Shown in pieces: positions 12,901 to 28,664 of a stretch of 64,000 nucleotides of DNA. The notes beneath the pieces were generated by a model. The model saw only the letters and a program-made list of their open reading frames with translations. It did not search any database and had not been told where the DNA came from. The DNA comes from Bispira polyomma (lineage: Eukaryota): NCBI GenBank assembly GCA_965649765.1, contig OZ287753.1:60450001-60514000 (forward strand), read 5' to 3'. A program made the translations under genes and the position numbers. Every line of letters begins with the position of its first letter. The stretch's first letter is position 1.

Positions 12901-15076
12901 GACATTGGTATGAGATGCCAGAAGAAGGATGGAAGCAAGTACTTCAACTACAAGGGGTACCACTCAATCGTCATGCTTGTCGTGGTAGATGGGATTACTG
13001 TTTCCTGTGGGTCAACACAGGTACAAGCGGCTCATGTTCGGATGGCCAGATTTTGAACATATCCAAACTAAAGGAGAATATAGAAGACCACTCAATCAAC
13101 TTTCCCCCATCCCCCTAAAACAATTAGCATTGTCAGAACCCCTGTCCCCTACTTCATCCTAGGAGATGACGCGTTTGCCCTAAAGACATGGTTCATGAAA
13201 CCGTACTCCCGACGAGGGATGGACATTAACAAAAGGTTATCTAATTGGTATTTTTGGAAGTCATCTATTGGCAGCGTTGACTTCTTCATAAGGGTGGTTA
13301 TAACAGCACATTTTAAAGCACCAGGAAAAGTTCCAGTAAGTAGAGAAAGATTAAATAGCTTAGTGATAGTTGATGCTAGAATATATTCTGCATGGGAAAT
13401 CTTTAAAAAATTTTACTATGTCATCATTATTGACGAGAAGGAGAAAACATAGGCATAGGCTCAGACGAGAAACTTGATGCCATGTTTTGATCTGGAAAAC
13501 TGTCTCTTATCTTTTTATTTTGTGCTAAAAAGAGGACAGAATTATTACAGAGGGATTTAACTGAGATGACATTAGTTTTGTAAGTACCTTATTGTGTTCC
13601 TTATTTTCGTGGCATAAATTTTATGACACCAGACAGGACCAATCTCAATACGCTGTGCCTTGTAAAGCAGAGATACAGGGTAAAAATGTTACATTTAGTC
13701 CAGAAAAACATATCAGTTGCATTTTACAAGTGCAAATGGTACAGCACGATTATCTTTAATGATATCTTTATAAGCTATCCAATAGTATAGTTTTTCCAGG
13801 GTATTTCACTTAGGGCCTCTGATAAAGGCTTACATTTTATGTATCTAACATATAAGTTTTATATCCATGCTGATAGTATTTTTGCCCTTTTCTGAATATG
13901 ACTTGTAAATATAAATTGTTAAAAACATACTGTATGTCCCAAAATGGGGGACCTTAGTAGTAAACATGTTACCATGTTTAGTACAGCGGGGTTAAAAAGT
14001 ATTAGATATCCATTTGGTTTACTATGTAAATTATATTCTGTCCTCTTGCCACTCATATGCAAAGACATGCCTGTAGATATTCAGTTACACCTTCTTTTTA
14101 TAAAAAAAAATTTCTCGTATTATTTCTGTAACAATAAAGGAATAAATTATTACAAATGTATAGTAAACTAGTTGTAGGTGTCTGTATCAAACAGTTTCAA
14201 CTTTCTGGTATATAATATATAAAAATACATTTGTGCACTTAGCTATTAATAAACTTGTATAATAATAATGTACTTAGTACATATACCACAACCAATGATT
14301 CCTTAACAAAGAAAGAGACCAATAATTCACAGTTTAGTAAACATGAATTATATGATATTTTTGAATATGTTAGAACAGATTAATGTGTGTATCAATACCT
14401 AAAATATGTATTGTAAAACTAGTATATATTTCTGTTCATTCATGTTTTTCTTTTATATCTATCTTTTTTTCTTAAACCATTGTACTAGTACCAATGACTG
14501 TACGAAGTAAGTCAATAATAATAAACCATTTAATTCAAGAACAAAAATAACACAGAAATTCAGAAACGTTTCTAGAATTTATGGGACAAGGCGCGGCCAT
14601 GTTGATTTTGGTGTATAAATACATTGTTTAGATTTAGGGATAACAGTTATTCCAGAATATTTTATCTTTCATTTTGATAACTACTTGTAATATGGCCACA
14701 CTCTGTCCAGTTAATTATTGACTAAACCTGGTCTGGGCAGAATAAATAGGTGGTCATTTAAAAACCACCATCGATCATTTTGAAACTGCCAAAGTCAACA
14801 CTTGGATCAGATACAATGATGTGTCAATTAGTCATCAGTTTCATTATCTGTTTAATTTAACAAAACTAGAATTGACTCTGTTTCAAAATCACCTATTTAA
14901 ATTTAATACTGACGCCTTTCCCTTGACTTCTATCATTGGCTGAGACAACGTACCTGGTGACGTGGTCGACCAACTATGGAAGGGAACACAGCACGTGGTG
15001 CATCATCACCAGCAAAACCTATCTTAGACATCCCAGAGCCATTGTCAAATACCAAAACAGATGCTTTTTCAGCCAT
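3828..15076 (-). CDS. Act: Actin-A, divergent actin paralog, 423 aa; join(15076-14954, 10223-9840, 5947-5781, 4425-3828)
   Basis: Four exons translate to actin; all junctions are GT-AG at the same positions as Actin-B. 123+384+167+598=1272 nt, open frame ending IVHTKCV-TAG. Confidence 0.88.
4467..4731 (-). mobile_element. tRNA-derived SINE in Actin-A intron
   Basis: A-box TGGCCTAGTGG, B-box GTTCGAATCCC, A-rich tail; TSD gtcaataagctat (4454-4466) / gtgaacaagctat (4732-4744); absent from the matching Actin-B intron. Confidence 0.85.
5781..5947 (-). CDS. Act: Actin-A coding exon 3 ([16 protein letters not shown]...[24 protein letters not shown])
   Basis: Manual translation; 167 nt as in Actin-B; TAG acceptor and GTAAG donor. 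Confidence 0.9.
6683..7230 (+). mobile_element. PIF/Harbinger-type Myb/SANT(MADF)-like ORF remnant
   Basis: [25 protein letters not shown]...[11 protein letters not shown]...QRQIW....DFLKP pattern; disrupted N-terminal part. Confidence 0.7.
7370..7575 (-). mobile_element. SINE fragment (core plus L2-type 3' tail)
   Basis: Minus strand has a GGATGAC..TTAAAATGGCGGTCC...TTAAAGATCC core and an AAGCGCATTTGA...GCGCTATAACAAAT tail. Confidence 0.5.
7848..8305 (+). mobile_element. L2/CR1-type LINE RT fragment, internally deleted
   Basis: [31 protein letters not shown] motifs across frames. Confidence 0.8.
9840..10223 (-). CDS. Act: Actin-A coding exon 2, 128 codons, with in-frame 150-nt duplication
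   Basis: CAG acceptor at 10224-10225, GTAAG donor at 9839; two copies of the PIEHG...EEHP.LLTEA block. Confidence 0.88.
10711..11069. repeat. Tandem duplication, about 179-bp unit x2
   Basis: attgatctgaagacagtcc...gaatgcaattatt at 10711 and 10890. Confidence 0.85.
11950..13237 (+). mobile_element. PIF/Harbinger element, left TIR plus transposase pseudogene (~12301-13237), 3' truncated
   Basis: [43 protein letters not shown] motifs; putative TIR GGGCCTGTATTCAGTAAAGG at 11950. Confidence 0.85.
13238..13410 (-). mobile_element. L2/CR1 LINE fragment
   Basis: Translates [34 protein letters not shown], the RT N-terminal region. Confidence 0.65.
14954..15076 (-). CDS. Act: Actin-A coding exon 1 ([18 protein letters not shown]...RPRHQ)
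   Basis: DNGSG phosphate-1 motif; donor GTACG at 14953; upstream acceptor at 15102-15103. Confidence 0.9.
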
Positions 15077-15628
15077 GGTTTTGTGTGGTGTACAAGGATG
15101 CCTAAAAGTAAGCCTACATAATACTACTAACTGAATTACTATATAAGGAAACATAACTTTATCTTATTGTATTAGTGTTATTACTAAAATACATATAAAG
15201 TTACTAAGTTATTATAGTATGCTTTAGGGTGCTAAGACCTTTAAGCTATTTTGTATAAGAGTCAATTTATTTTATACCAATGTAAATAGGAGGTGAATGC
15301 ATTAAAGAATACACGAATTTCAGCCTTTTGGCATATTTTATTTCCATACTTTCAAATTAACTGCTAAACATACGGATAATCAATGTGGCTACAACAGAAA
15401 CATGTTTAATCTTATATATGTTTATTCAAGACAAATTCTACAACTCTAAGCTAGCATATGTTCAGAAATACATGTATTGATACAACTATATACTTTTTCT
15501 TATCTGTCCTGTTATTTTGCTGTAAACTAAACTGGATTATTTTACATAAATATTTGTTTAGAATTCTATTACACCCCTGTACAATTTGAACACAATTGTA
15601 ATAAGAAAATGGTACAATATGCACTCAC

Positions 15629-15721
15629 TTTTACACAGAGAGAAATAGTCCTTTCAGAGTTAATCCAACCTTAGATCTCGACAGACTGTTCCCTTTCATT
15701 GGCTTTGTGACCAACTTATAT
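15629..15721 (-). promoter_or_regulatory. Actin-A non-coding 5' exon and core promoter
   Basis: Block aligns with 33106-33200 and 55122-55210; ends at donor GTGAGT. The ancestral TATA position reads TCACAAA; a TATAAG lies at 15715-15720. Confidence 0.6.
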
Positions 15722-16205
15722 CTGCATTCTGACAATTTCAGTTTTTTAGATTACAGTTCTTCTGATACATACTTATATTTAATACATAAATAGAGATTTA
15801 TTAAAGCCAACTTTTTTGCAACTAAAAACGAGCCATACTAATAAAAAATATGGCTCATATGAAACCCAAGAGGTTTGCATTGCCATCATAGTTATTACTA
15901 ACCTTTGATAAAATAATTATTTAAAGACGCATCTTGATTTATTATTTTTCTTTGACATGTTTTTTGTTGTTGACATAATGTAGTTCCACTTAGTATTTAT
16001 CTAGGTAAGGATGTGGAATAGAAATAACACATGTATGCCATTCTACTTAACATTAAACAGATCAAGTAACTTTAAATCTAGACTCTTTGTCCTAATTTAT
16101 GACTTTTCTAAACAGTATCAATTTAAGTTTACCTGTGTTATAGACACACGTTTTAGGGGGGTGGGGGGTGGGGGGGGGGGTATTCTTATGTGCATGGTGT
16201 GTTAA

Positions 16206-16215
16206 CCTAATAAGG
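16206..16215. promoter_or_regulatory. CArG box upstream of Actin-A
   Basis: CCTAATAAGG about 500 bp upstream of the conserved 5' exon. Confidence 0.4.
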
Positions 16216-18089
16216 ATACTCCTATTGAATACACTTAAAATTGATGTTGATGTGAAATAGATTTGGAACCAAGAACTGTCAGCCTCCTAAGGAAACATAC
16301 AAACTTTGGATATACTTGTATATGGTAAGGTTCATGTGAGAAATCTTATAGACTGATCTTGCAGGTAACAAATCAGGAAGAATATAACACCAGGGGGACA
16401 CATCAGGGTATCAAGTGCCCCCTTTTTCCTAAAAAAATCCTATCTTACAAAAGCAGCTTACATATTTTTTATATAGACTTAAAATATATAAACAAAGCTT
16501 AGCTTCAAAGGTTATAGTTACTCACTACTCACTAAAATTTCCTTCCATGCATGCTTAGGACTATTAAGATATATATTAAGGCGTGTTTAGCTACTTAGGT
16601 AATATTAATATCTTCTTTGCACTTGGTCTTCAAATAAATCCACCTTCTTAACTGTACATAGGGGGGCATAAGAGAATTTAATTTAAAGGGTATAGTTACT
16701 TATTCATCTGGTATATGAGCTTTGCATGTAGGCTCAGGAGCAGAAAATTCAAAGATCAACTCCTATACAACTTTACTCAGGACTATTAAGACAAAGTTTT
16801 AGTTACTCAGGTAAGATTAACCCAGGTAATCCTGTCATAAATTCAATCAGCTAAAGAAACACTAAAAGTATGAACTGTTGTTTTGAGATAATAATGGAAC
16901 CATCAAAGACATATCTTAATTGCTATTACTAGCAGTGTGTTTGTATATATAGACCAGATGGCTTCATCACTGTCCATTGTAATTTAATTTCTTTGTATAT
17001 TCTGTATAACAATGGTGGGCCCATGCGTATCACTCAGAATCCCTCATTATGGGAACTCTGACACTCGAGTGGGTACAGCTATTAACAACAACCAAAAAAA
17101 CTTGTATGCTGTTGGGAATTTTTTGGTGTGGTATTTGATACCCCCATGGAGGGGAGGTAAGTGATAGTCTCTGTAAAAAAAGGGCAAATGGGTGGGGGAA
17201 TTTGGATGGGGGGCAAATGGACGTATACCGGGTTGGAGACCCACAATCAATATATCAGTGACTGTGTCAGCTAACATAAAGATACATAGTAAATAGGCCA
17301 TACAGGTCTCCACATAAATTTATTATGTGCTGGACTGTTTAGATTTTATAAGCTTGTGACAACTTTTAATGTGATAAGTATAGGATTTATTTAGTTATTA
17401 TGGTAAGTATAGGATTCATTTAGCTACTGAATGTATTATTGTTTTTAAGAACTTGTTGTTTTTATCTTCAAGTGCATCATTCTAAAAGTGATAGAATTGG
17501 TTCATTTTATTATGATTAGAATTTTTGTAAATAAAAATCCAACAGCTTGGTTGGTTGGGTAAGAATCTTCTGAACCACTGAAGCACAGTAAGATCCTGAA
17601 AAATAAAAGGAAAAAACATCAGCTATTAATAAATAAACAATGTAACCTATAAGCACATAGCCAATACTCATATGAATGGCATATATAAACATATATGAAC
17701 ATCTGAAGCATAACATGACATAAGACAAAACTACTTAGATAAGTTAGTATGAAAAATGCCAACATTTCATTCGCCAAACAAAACTGATGTCTGATGGTAG
17801 AAATTATAAACTTCCAAAAAATCCCATCACCAAGCAACAATATGATCAGCATCTGTGAGAGACATAAAGATCCCGTCATCTGCACAATAGCATATCCCTA
17901 CTAACTAATGTATATACAAACTGTTATCTACACTTCTATTTTCACAATAAAAGAGTGTATAACATAACAAAATAGACATATAACCCTTGTAATATAGAAT
18001 ATTGTGTTAACATAAACAAAATAGTAAGATTACAAAATTGAAACGTCTTATCAGTAATAACAGCTTGAGCTGACAAAAAAGGATCCAGC

Positions 18090-20450
18090 TTTAAAATGTC
18101 ATAGTATCCCGAGAAACAAGTTTAAGACAGAATCAGATAAAGTGTCAAGAGACTTTCGAGAACCAAACATTCAAGACTTGATGAAGAGACATAACATTTG
18201 AAAGACCAAATAAGAGGCCATAGCCCTCACCTCATGGGTCTTCCCTTGAGAGATGTGTTACACTTCCTGATCAACATATCTGTAAGAATACAAGAAAGAT
18301 TGATTCAGGAGAAACATCTTTTTAATGAACCTGCTTCATAGAAGCAAGTAAAAATTTTAAGAAAACTGATGTTAAGTCCTTAGTTCTGGTAGGCAAAACA
18401 TTAGGACGCTCAAATCCTCAACTAAGGCATCCCTACAGGAGATGTGCAAAAGTTGGGAAGACCACGTGTATGAGAATCAGGCCAAACCGAAAGGGAACTG
18501 ATTGTCAGGCAGAAAAAGCAGGTGAACAGTAACCCAAGATCAATAAGATTGAGACTTTGGAGAAGAAGGAGTCCATGCCTGAATGTCATTTCTCCTTTAG
18601 ACCTGGACTAAATCCATCAAGAAGAAAAGGTCCTGTGTAGGCTATATTAGCCTTAAGCTCTAAACCTTCAATATACTAACACCTTGAAACCAGTTTTAAA
18701 TCCTAGTGTAAACTAAGTTTAAAATTTAGCCACAAAGCCAACAGACAATGATAGAAAATCCACCTTGTGTAAAATTTCCAAGATACTCGAAATTGTGGTC
18801 TGACTGGAGATACCACACAAAGGTTTAGGTACTCTAGACTGTTGTGGAATCTATTGTTGAATGACTAGTTCGACAAGCTGACCCACCATGACAGTACTAG
18901 TAGAGACCTGACGGAAAGATCTACTAGAACACAGAACCATGGCATCCCTGGTCATCCTGGAGCAATGAAAACTATCTGGCAATTGTAAGTGACAAGCTTG
19001 ACTGAAAAATACAGAGGAAGCTCAATCAGTTTGATTGCAAATGTGAACGTGTAGCCTATGACAACATTTTCAGGTTGCAATGAACACCCCTTAGTAGAGT
19101 GGACAATATCCAAACAATGTTGTACCTCCTGGATAGGAAGTCAACAAGAAAATTAGAATACCAGTAAGCTAAGAATGAGTCTGTATGTGTACCAAAGCTT
19201 GGTATTTGTGCATACCCTAACCCCCACCAGGGGCACATATTTCTAGAAAATCTGTGACTCCTAGCTTGATCTTTATCAGATATGACACCCTTGTGGTGTT
19301 ATCCGTATCAATAAGAACTAGCTTATTCTAAGCTTGTTCTTAAAAAGTATTTTAGAGTCGAAAAACAACTTCATTTCCAATAAAATGAAAATGTACTTAT
19401 CAGGAAATCCACAGAACACTTACACGGAGACTGTCCCTGTGATTTCCCCAAAACCACTCTGGGAAACCTTGAGAAGCACAATGCGTTCTTCCTGGTACAG
19501 AAGAGAACCCACAAGCATAGTAGAAATTGTTCCACCATTCCAAAAAGAAAGAACACAATAGAATCAAATAGAATCCCCATATTAAGAGAATGATGAAAAT
19601 TCCATAACCATCAGAGATACTATTGGAAGGGCATGAAGTGACTCCTTGACAAAGGTATTTCTCTCTTCATGGCAACCAAAATCGAAACTACTGATTCCAT
19701 GGTAAATGTTTCCTATTACTTGTTTACATCAGAACTCCACCATAGTGTTGTCTGATGACACTAGAACAAGTTTGTTCTGAACCCCAGACTGATAAATCTT
19801 TAAGGCCGGAAACACAGATTTCATCTCTAAGAGATTTATATGGAGATGAGCCTCTGAGAAGCTCCCAAAGACCACTAGCATTGAGGTTTTCTATGTGAGC
19901 TCCAGAATCTTTCTCTGAGGCATCCAAAAACAACAGAACACTGTGTTCTTCCGAATGGACTTGTTATTCCTCTAGATGGAGTGGAAATGTGACAGGAAAC
20001 ACCAGAAACAAATCCTTGAGATATCGAAAAATTCAGAGATTTTGAGCTAAAATTTTGAGTTAAAAAGTTTACTTCCTCCACAATCCTCGAATGAAGAGTT
20101 GACATGATCGAAAAGAAGAGTCCCTACTGACATAAGCCTGAAAATTGACAAATAATGTAGGTGTTTCTGAAAATTAGGATTTCAAAAACATCAACCATTA
20201 CCCTTTGACAAAAGACTTCCGGAAATATAGAAACCTATTGAAGCTGTGCTTACAACAGTAGCATTGCCTTTGTCAGTACATGTGATACAGAATTAAGATC
20301 AATAGACTAGCCAGTACAAAGTTTTGAAACTATCGACTATAGAAACCTATTCTGGTTACGCTGAAACTGGCGGTATGTGGATTTACAAAAAACGGCAGCT
20401 CCCACCAAAATTCTAGAAAACGTTAAATATACACGAATGTCTAGACAATT
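18090..20450 (-). mobile_element. Heavily decayed DIRS1-like retrotransposon (RNase H, MTase-like region, tyrosine recombinase)
   Basis: FLDASEKDSGAHIENLNASGLW (RNase H), LHALPIVSL (YAFPP-like), THEVRAMASY (YR HxxR box). Boundaries approximate. Confidence 0.7.
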
Positions 20451-21220
20451 GATGTGAAGAAGTAGGAAAACTACCCTGAGATGAACTTAACATGTTTTCC
20501 ATACCTGAAGAAATTGTCATCCAGTTGTATAAACTTTGTCATCCATCTTTGAGCAAGTTCCGCGTGAAGTGGAAACCCAGGAACCGAAACTTGGCCGTCT
20601 GTCCTCCATTTCCGCAAAGGAAAGTTGAAATGGAAAGAAGCAGCATTCAATTGGTATGTATTTCTGTGTGAACTGTCAAAAGCCCCGAAAAACCTCGGAA
20701 AATCCCCGACTACGGAAACTGTCGAGTGTCCCTATTGAAGTTGTAAGTCTATGGTATACTATGGAACTTGGCCCTCTTCTGGGAATTTGGACAAGAAGTT
20801 GTAAAAAGTGATCATCCACTCAGGGCAATACCTTGGAAGGAAACAAGATTCAGATCTCTAAAAATCACCTGGTAGCAGGGAAATGCTTGAAAGATATGAC
20901 TGATGACTTATGGAAATTTACTGAAGAACCCTGTAACTGTAATCCCAGACATCTTCTAAATCAGGGACTGGAGGAAAAAGTTGAAGTTCTAATGAAGTTT
21001 CCTGGCAAACTGTAGAAGAAACAGGAAAACTGGAACTGCTGACGAAAAGTTTAAATTTGTGTAAAGGAATAAAATATTCCTGTGCCAAACCTTAAAATAT
21101 TACCCATGACAACTCTCCTGGAGTAATAAAACCCCTCAAGACCAATCCTCAGAATGATGAGACTGCACATTTCTAAAGATGCAAGACTGTGACAATTTAA
21201 AAACTGTGTAAGGACCCAGC

Positions 21221-21557
21221 AGGGTCTTTTCTGAAGACAGCCTGGACTGCAACTGAGGATCTATAGCTGTGAAGGACAAGACAAGGTCTTTTCTGAAGGC
21301 AGCATGGCTGGAAAAGCAGATCTAAGGATGCAAAAGAACAAGACGAGGTCTTTTCTGAAGACAGCATCGCTGAAAATAGTTGATCTGAAGCTGTTAAAGG
21401 ACAAAACAGTGTCTTTTCTGAAGGCAGCATGACTGAAAACCGTTGATCCAAAGGTGTGAAAGAACAAGACAGAGTCTTTTCTGAAGACAGCATGGCTGAA
21501 ACCGTTGATCTAAGGCTGTGAAAGGACAAGACAGGGTCTTTCCAGAAGACAGCATGG
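21221..21557. repeat. Minisatellite, about 63-bp unit x5.3
   Basis: gtcttttctgaag(a/g)cagc recurs near 21223, 21286, 21348, 21411, 21474 and 21536. Confidence 0.9.
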
Positions 21558-21998
21558 TATGGCACTGAAGAAGCTGTGGACCTGCACAGGTCTCCATGGA
21601 GTCATAGACCTGTCATGGACTCCATGGACAGTTCATGTAGTTGTGGACCAGCCATGGACTCCATAGAGTTGTGAACCTGTTCTGTCTACTATGGGGTTAT
21701 GGGCTGTCCATAATAATTATGAATTATGTGTATAATTATGTGGGCGTGCAGGGTCATTGTCAGTACACTTACGTGAGGTCCTATGGTCTCCTGACGAAAA
21801 ATCTCCACCTACACATTCCTGGCCTGTAGGTAAATCGTGGCCTCCTGACAAAAAATCAAGGCCTCTTAAAGGCTCTGTAGAAGTCTGTTTTGTAGATGTG
21901 TGGTTACTAGGCCCAGTAACAGTAGAAGACTTAGCCTTGTTAGCTGGTTTCAAATAAATGCCAGGGATGTGATCCTGCAAAAAATTTCCAGTACTTAT

Positions 21999-22503
21999 GG
22001 CCTAGTCACACCTACACGTGCTAGCATCCCACAACATATCAAAGCCATATAAACTGAAAACTTGGTAGTTTTGTGTCAGACGTCATTTCCACGAAGGGGG
22101 AGTCAATTGTGACATTTTTTTTACTACTACCTATCTACTGTATGCTGCTTACAGCTGCGTTCTGCTGCGTTTTGCTAGCTAGTGAAACATTCTGCAATGA
22201 ATATAGACGAGTGGAGACAATCTCACTACTTACTGCTATGTAATGCTACTTATACAAACAAGTGGAGACGTCCTCGAGAAACGGAGAGCTCTGTCACGAT
22301 TATTTCAAAAAGTTTGAAATAATCGTGGCAGCAGACCAAACAGACTTTTCTGAAACAATATTATCCATTAAGCAACGTCTGGGAACGAATACACCAGGGA
22401 TCTTCACTGTTTGCATCACCCTCTGCTACGTCTGTATTAGGTTTTTAAACAATTGAAAACGTCACACACACGTAGCTCCAGCACATATAGGTGGGACTGG
22501 GCT
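21999..22503. mobile_element. Harbinger/Tourist-like MITE
   Basis: Imperfect TIRs GGCCTAGTCACACCTACACGTGC / AGCCCAGTCCCACCTATATGTGC (reverse complement). Confidence 0.7.
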
Positions 22504-22527
22504 ATAAACAAGCCATCTGAAGATTAA

Positions 22528-23440
22528 AGCCATATGTAGTTTCTTCAGGGCGCTTAGCCTTCTGAATTGTAGATTTAGCATTGTTAGTAGGCTTTAAATG
22601 AGTGCTCGGGTATGACCCTGCAAAACATCTCTGTCACTAAACAAGCCATATGTAGTCTCTCCAGTGCATTTAGCCTTCTGATCTGTAAATTTAGCATTGT
22701 TAACATCAATACTAGCACTTGTGTAAAGCCATTATAACTTGCAAAGTAACAAACTTTACAAAAGAATAAAATAAAAACTTTAAAATGGATGTGTACACCT
22801 GGACGGTCAAAAAAATTGTGAGGATTCAAACATCACATGACCTGGTCAAGGTTGGTTTAACAAGTACACCACTGAACCACAGGTTTAAGGCAGGATGATA
22901 GCATTTTTCGGCTATTTGACCATGGTTTAGTTGATGGCCATCAACTATAGCGTCCGTAAGGACGAGGCAAGTATTTTTATGCAATAAAAAGTAATAAATG
23001 GCAAAGTAATAGCTTTCCAAATTTCAAATGTAATAATAATTGATGGCAGGTAATAGACCCCAACCCTGGCATTAAGGCTGCAATCAGAGGACATATGCCA
23101 TAAAGGGTAGGGAAGGCCCAGATAAAGTGTATTTCCTGACTTTTGCTTATTATATTGGAAATTGAGTTTACTTCCTCCCCCATCTGTTGAACATACGGAC
23201 ATCCATGTCTAACTGAATAGTCACAGTGGGTGAAATGTCTTAGATATTGGAGTTGGTTATAATGGTTGTGGATTTGTACACTTCTGATATGTTCAAAAAT
23301 CCTTTGTCTAATGGGTCTTTTAGAACCCAATTTTTGGTCACATATTTTTTACATGTGATAACATTAGTAACTGTCAGTATAAAAATCAGCATCTAATGTG
23401 CAACTTTGTGTCTATTGTATGGTCCTTTGTCGAGGACTGA
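22528..23440 (-). mobile_element. Penelope-like element 3' fragment (GIY-YIG remnant plus downstream direct repeats)
   Basis: TNVITCK..GSKRPIRQRIFEHIRSV...QEIHFIWAFPTL resembles the PLE endonuclease C-terminus. Confidence 0.6.
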
Positions 23441-23469
23441 CTGGTGGTGAATTGAAGAGTAATCAAGAT

Positions 23470-23665
23470 TTTGACACTAGTTGGGTTTTATGCCACTTTC
23501 AACAACACTGGTCATATCGCGATAGCCAGGATTAGTGGGGAGGGAAACCAGTGCTATGCACTATAAACCATTGATCTGTGGAAAGTACCTTACCAACTTT
23601 CTCGCATTAAGAAGGCATCAGGATTTAATCCTCAGAGATGAGAGGCCAGTGATTTTAAAGCTTAT
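23470..23665 (-). mobile_element. Degenerate SINE related to the 4467-4731 family
   Basis: Shares gaggccagtgatt, ggaaaccagtgc and gtcatat tail segments. Other fragments at 27345-27398 and ~52365-52480. Confidence 0.5.
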
Positions 23666-24884
23666 AGGCCTAGTATTCAAAATACACACCAGTACCTTAT
23701 GGTTTATTATTGAGGGTTGTGATAAGTAAACTTGAAATGTCACATTATTGCCTAACAATGGATTGCAGTATACAACAATATTGGAATTCCCAAACGAGCA
23801 TATTGTCAGCTTCCTTCTCATCGATGAAACCCAGATAGAGCTTCAATATTACCACTAAGATTATTGAGTCACACAAATACTCTAGTAAGTTTAATGGCTT
23901 AATTTTTCAGATAGCACACAAACTAATGGAAATTTACCTTGTGACCCCAACTAACCTTGAATTCAAAGCTGGTTCAATCTGACCAGTGAATTATATTCTG
24001 TGACCCTGGTTTCCCATATGCTCACAATACATTCGAAAATCAGAAAATTTCGGAAAATTTGTCATAGACCCTAAACAAGATACCTTGTGGGTAGAAAATG
24101 AGATCTAAATTGTTTTTATCTTGCACCGTTTTCGAGATAATGAACATTTTCATTTGGAATCTATACCAAAATTTATAAACCTCAAAACTAAAAATCTGAG
24201 GCATATGCAATGAACAAATTTTAATATACATGTGGCAGGGCATATTACAGACTGATCTCTTCAGTAGTTCTAGAGAAAAAGATTGTAAAACGAAGTCCTA
24301 TTTGATTGCCCCTGATGAAATCTTCATTATATCAGATCAAAATATAATTGTCAGATAGAAAACATATTGCATCAGGCCACTACACACCTCTCTGCCTTAA
24401 TACTGAAGTTATTTCATTGTAAAGTTCCATTTGTACAAGAAAAATAGGAAAAAATTTAAAAAAAATTTTAGTAGATCTACGTAATGGCCTGATCCGTATG
24501 CCAAGAACAATTTTCATCCTTTAGCCCAAAGGTACCTGTAAAAAAATCATTGAGTCTGTAGCCCCTCTAGCTTCAGAGAAGCTGTTGTAAGCGTAAGAAA
24601 CCCCATGGAAAAAAGTCAGTGACTTTGTCTGCCGCCTTAAAAACTGTTTGGAGGAAAATATTTGTTTGATTTCTGTAAGTTTGCTGTATAGTACACCATT
24701 TCATAATAGCTCATCCCATGTTTTCGATAAATACAATTGAACTTTTAAACACGATCCCACCTTTTCCTTATAGCCCATCCCTTTTATAACTGAATAATCA
24801 TAAAAATAAATCTTAAATTTTAAAATTAAACTTTTAAATTTTAACCATAATGAAATTGTCATGTACAATTTTAATGTAAATATT

Positions 24885-24890
24885 TTTATT
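24885..24890 (-). terminator. Actin-B polyadenylation signal AATAAA
   Basis: 180 nt after the stop; conserved in the Actin-C 3'UTR (51256-51261). Confidence 0.55.
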
Positions 24891-25069
24891 GAAACAGTGA
24901 ACTAAACATACTCCTTAGAGTTTACAAAAGCTATATGTAACACCAACAAATATATAACAACTATTGCACAAACTTTTGAGTTCAAAATAAAGCCCAACTG
25001 AATGAACTATGGTTTGCTTTTATATATTATTGTTCAGCCAGAGAGTTCAGGTTTCTCTCTTTCCATTTC

Positions 25070-28664
<3,595 letters not shown>

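Noticed and set aside
21221-21557. CRISPR-like appearance of the 63-bp and 58-bp (50379-50780) arrays
   Set aside because: Whole units are homologous with no unique spacers; there are no cas genes and the context is eukaryotic.
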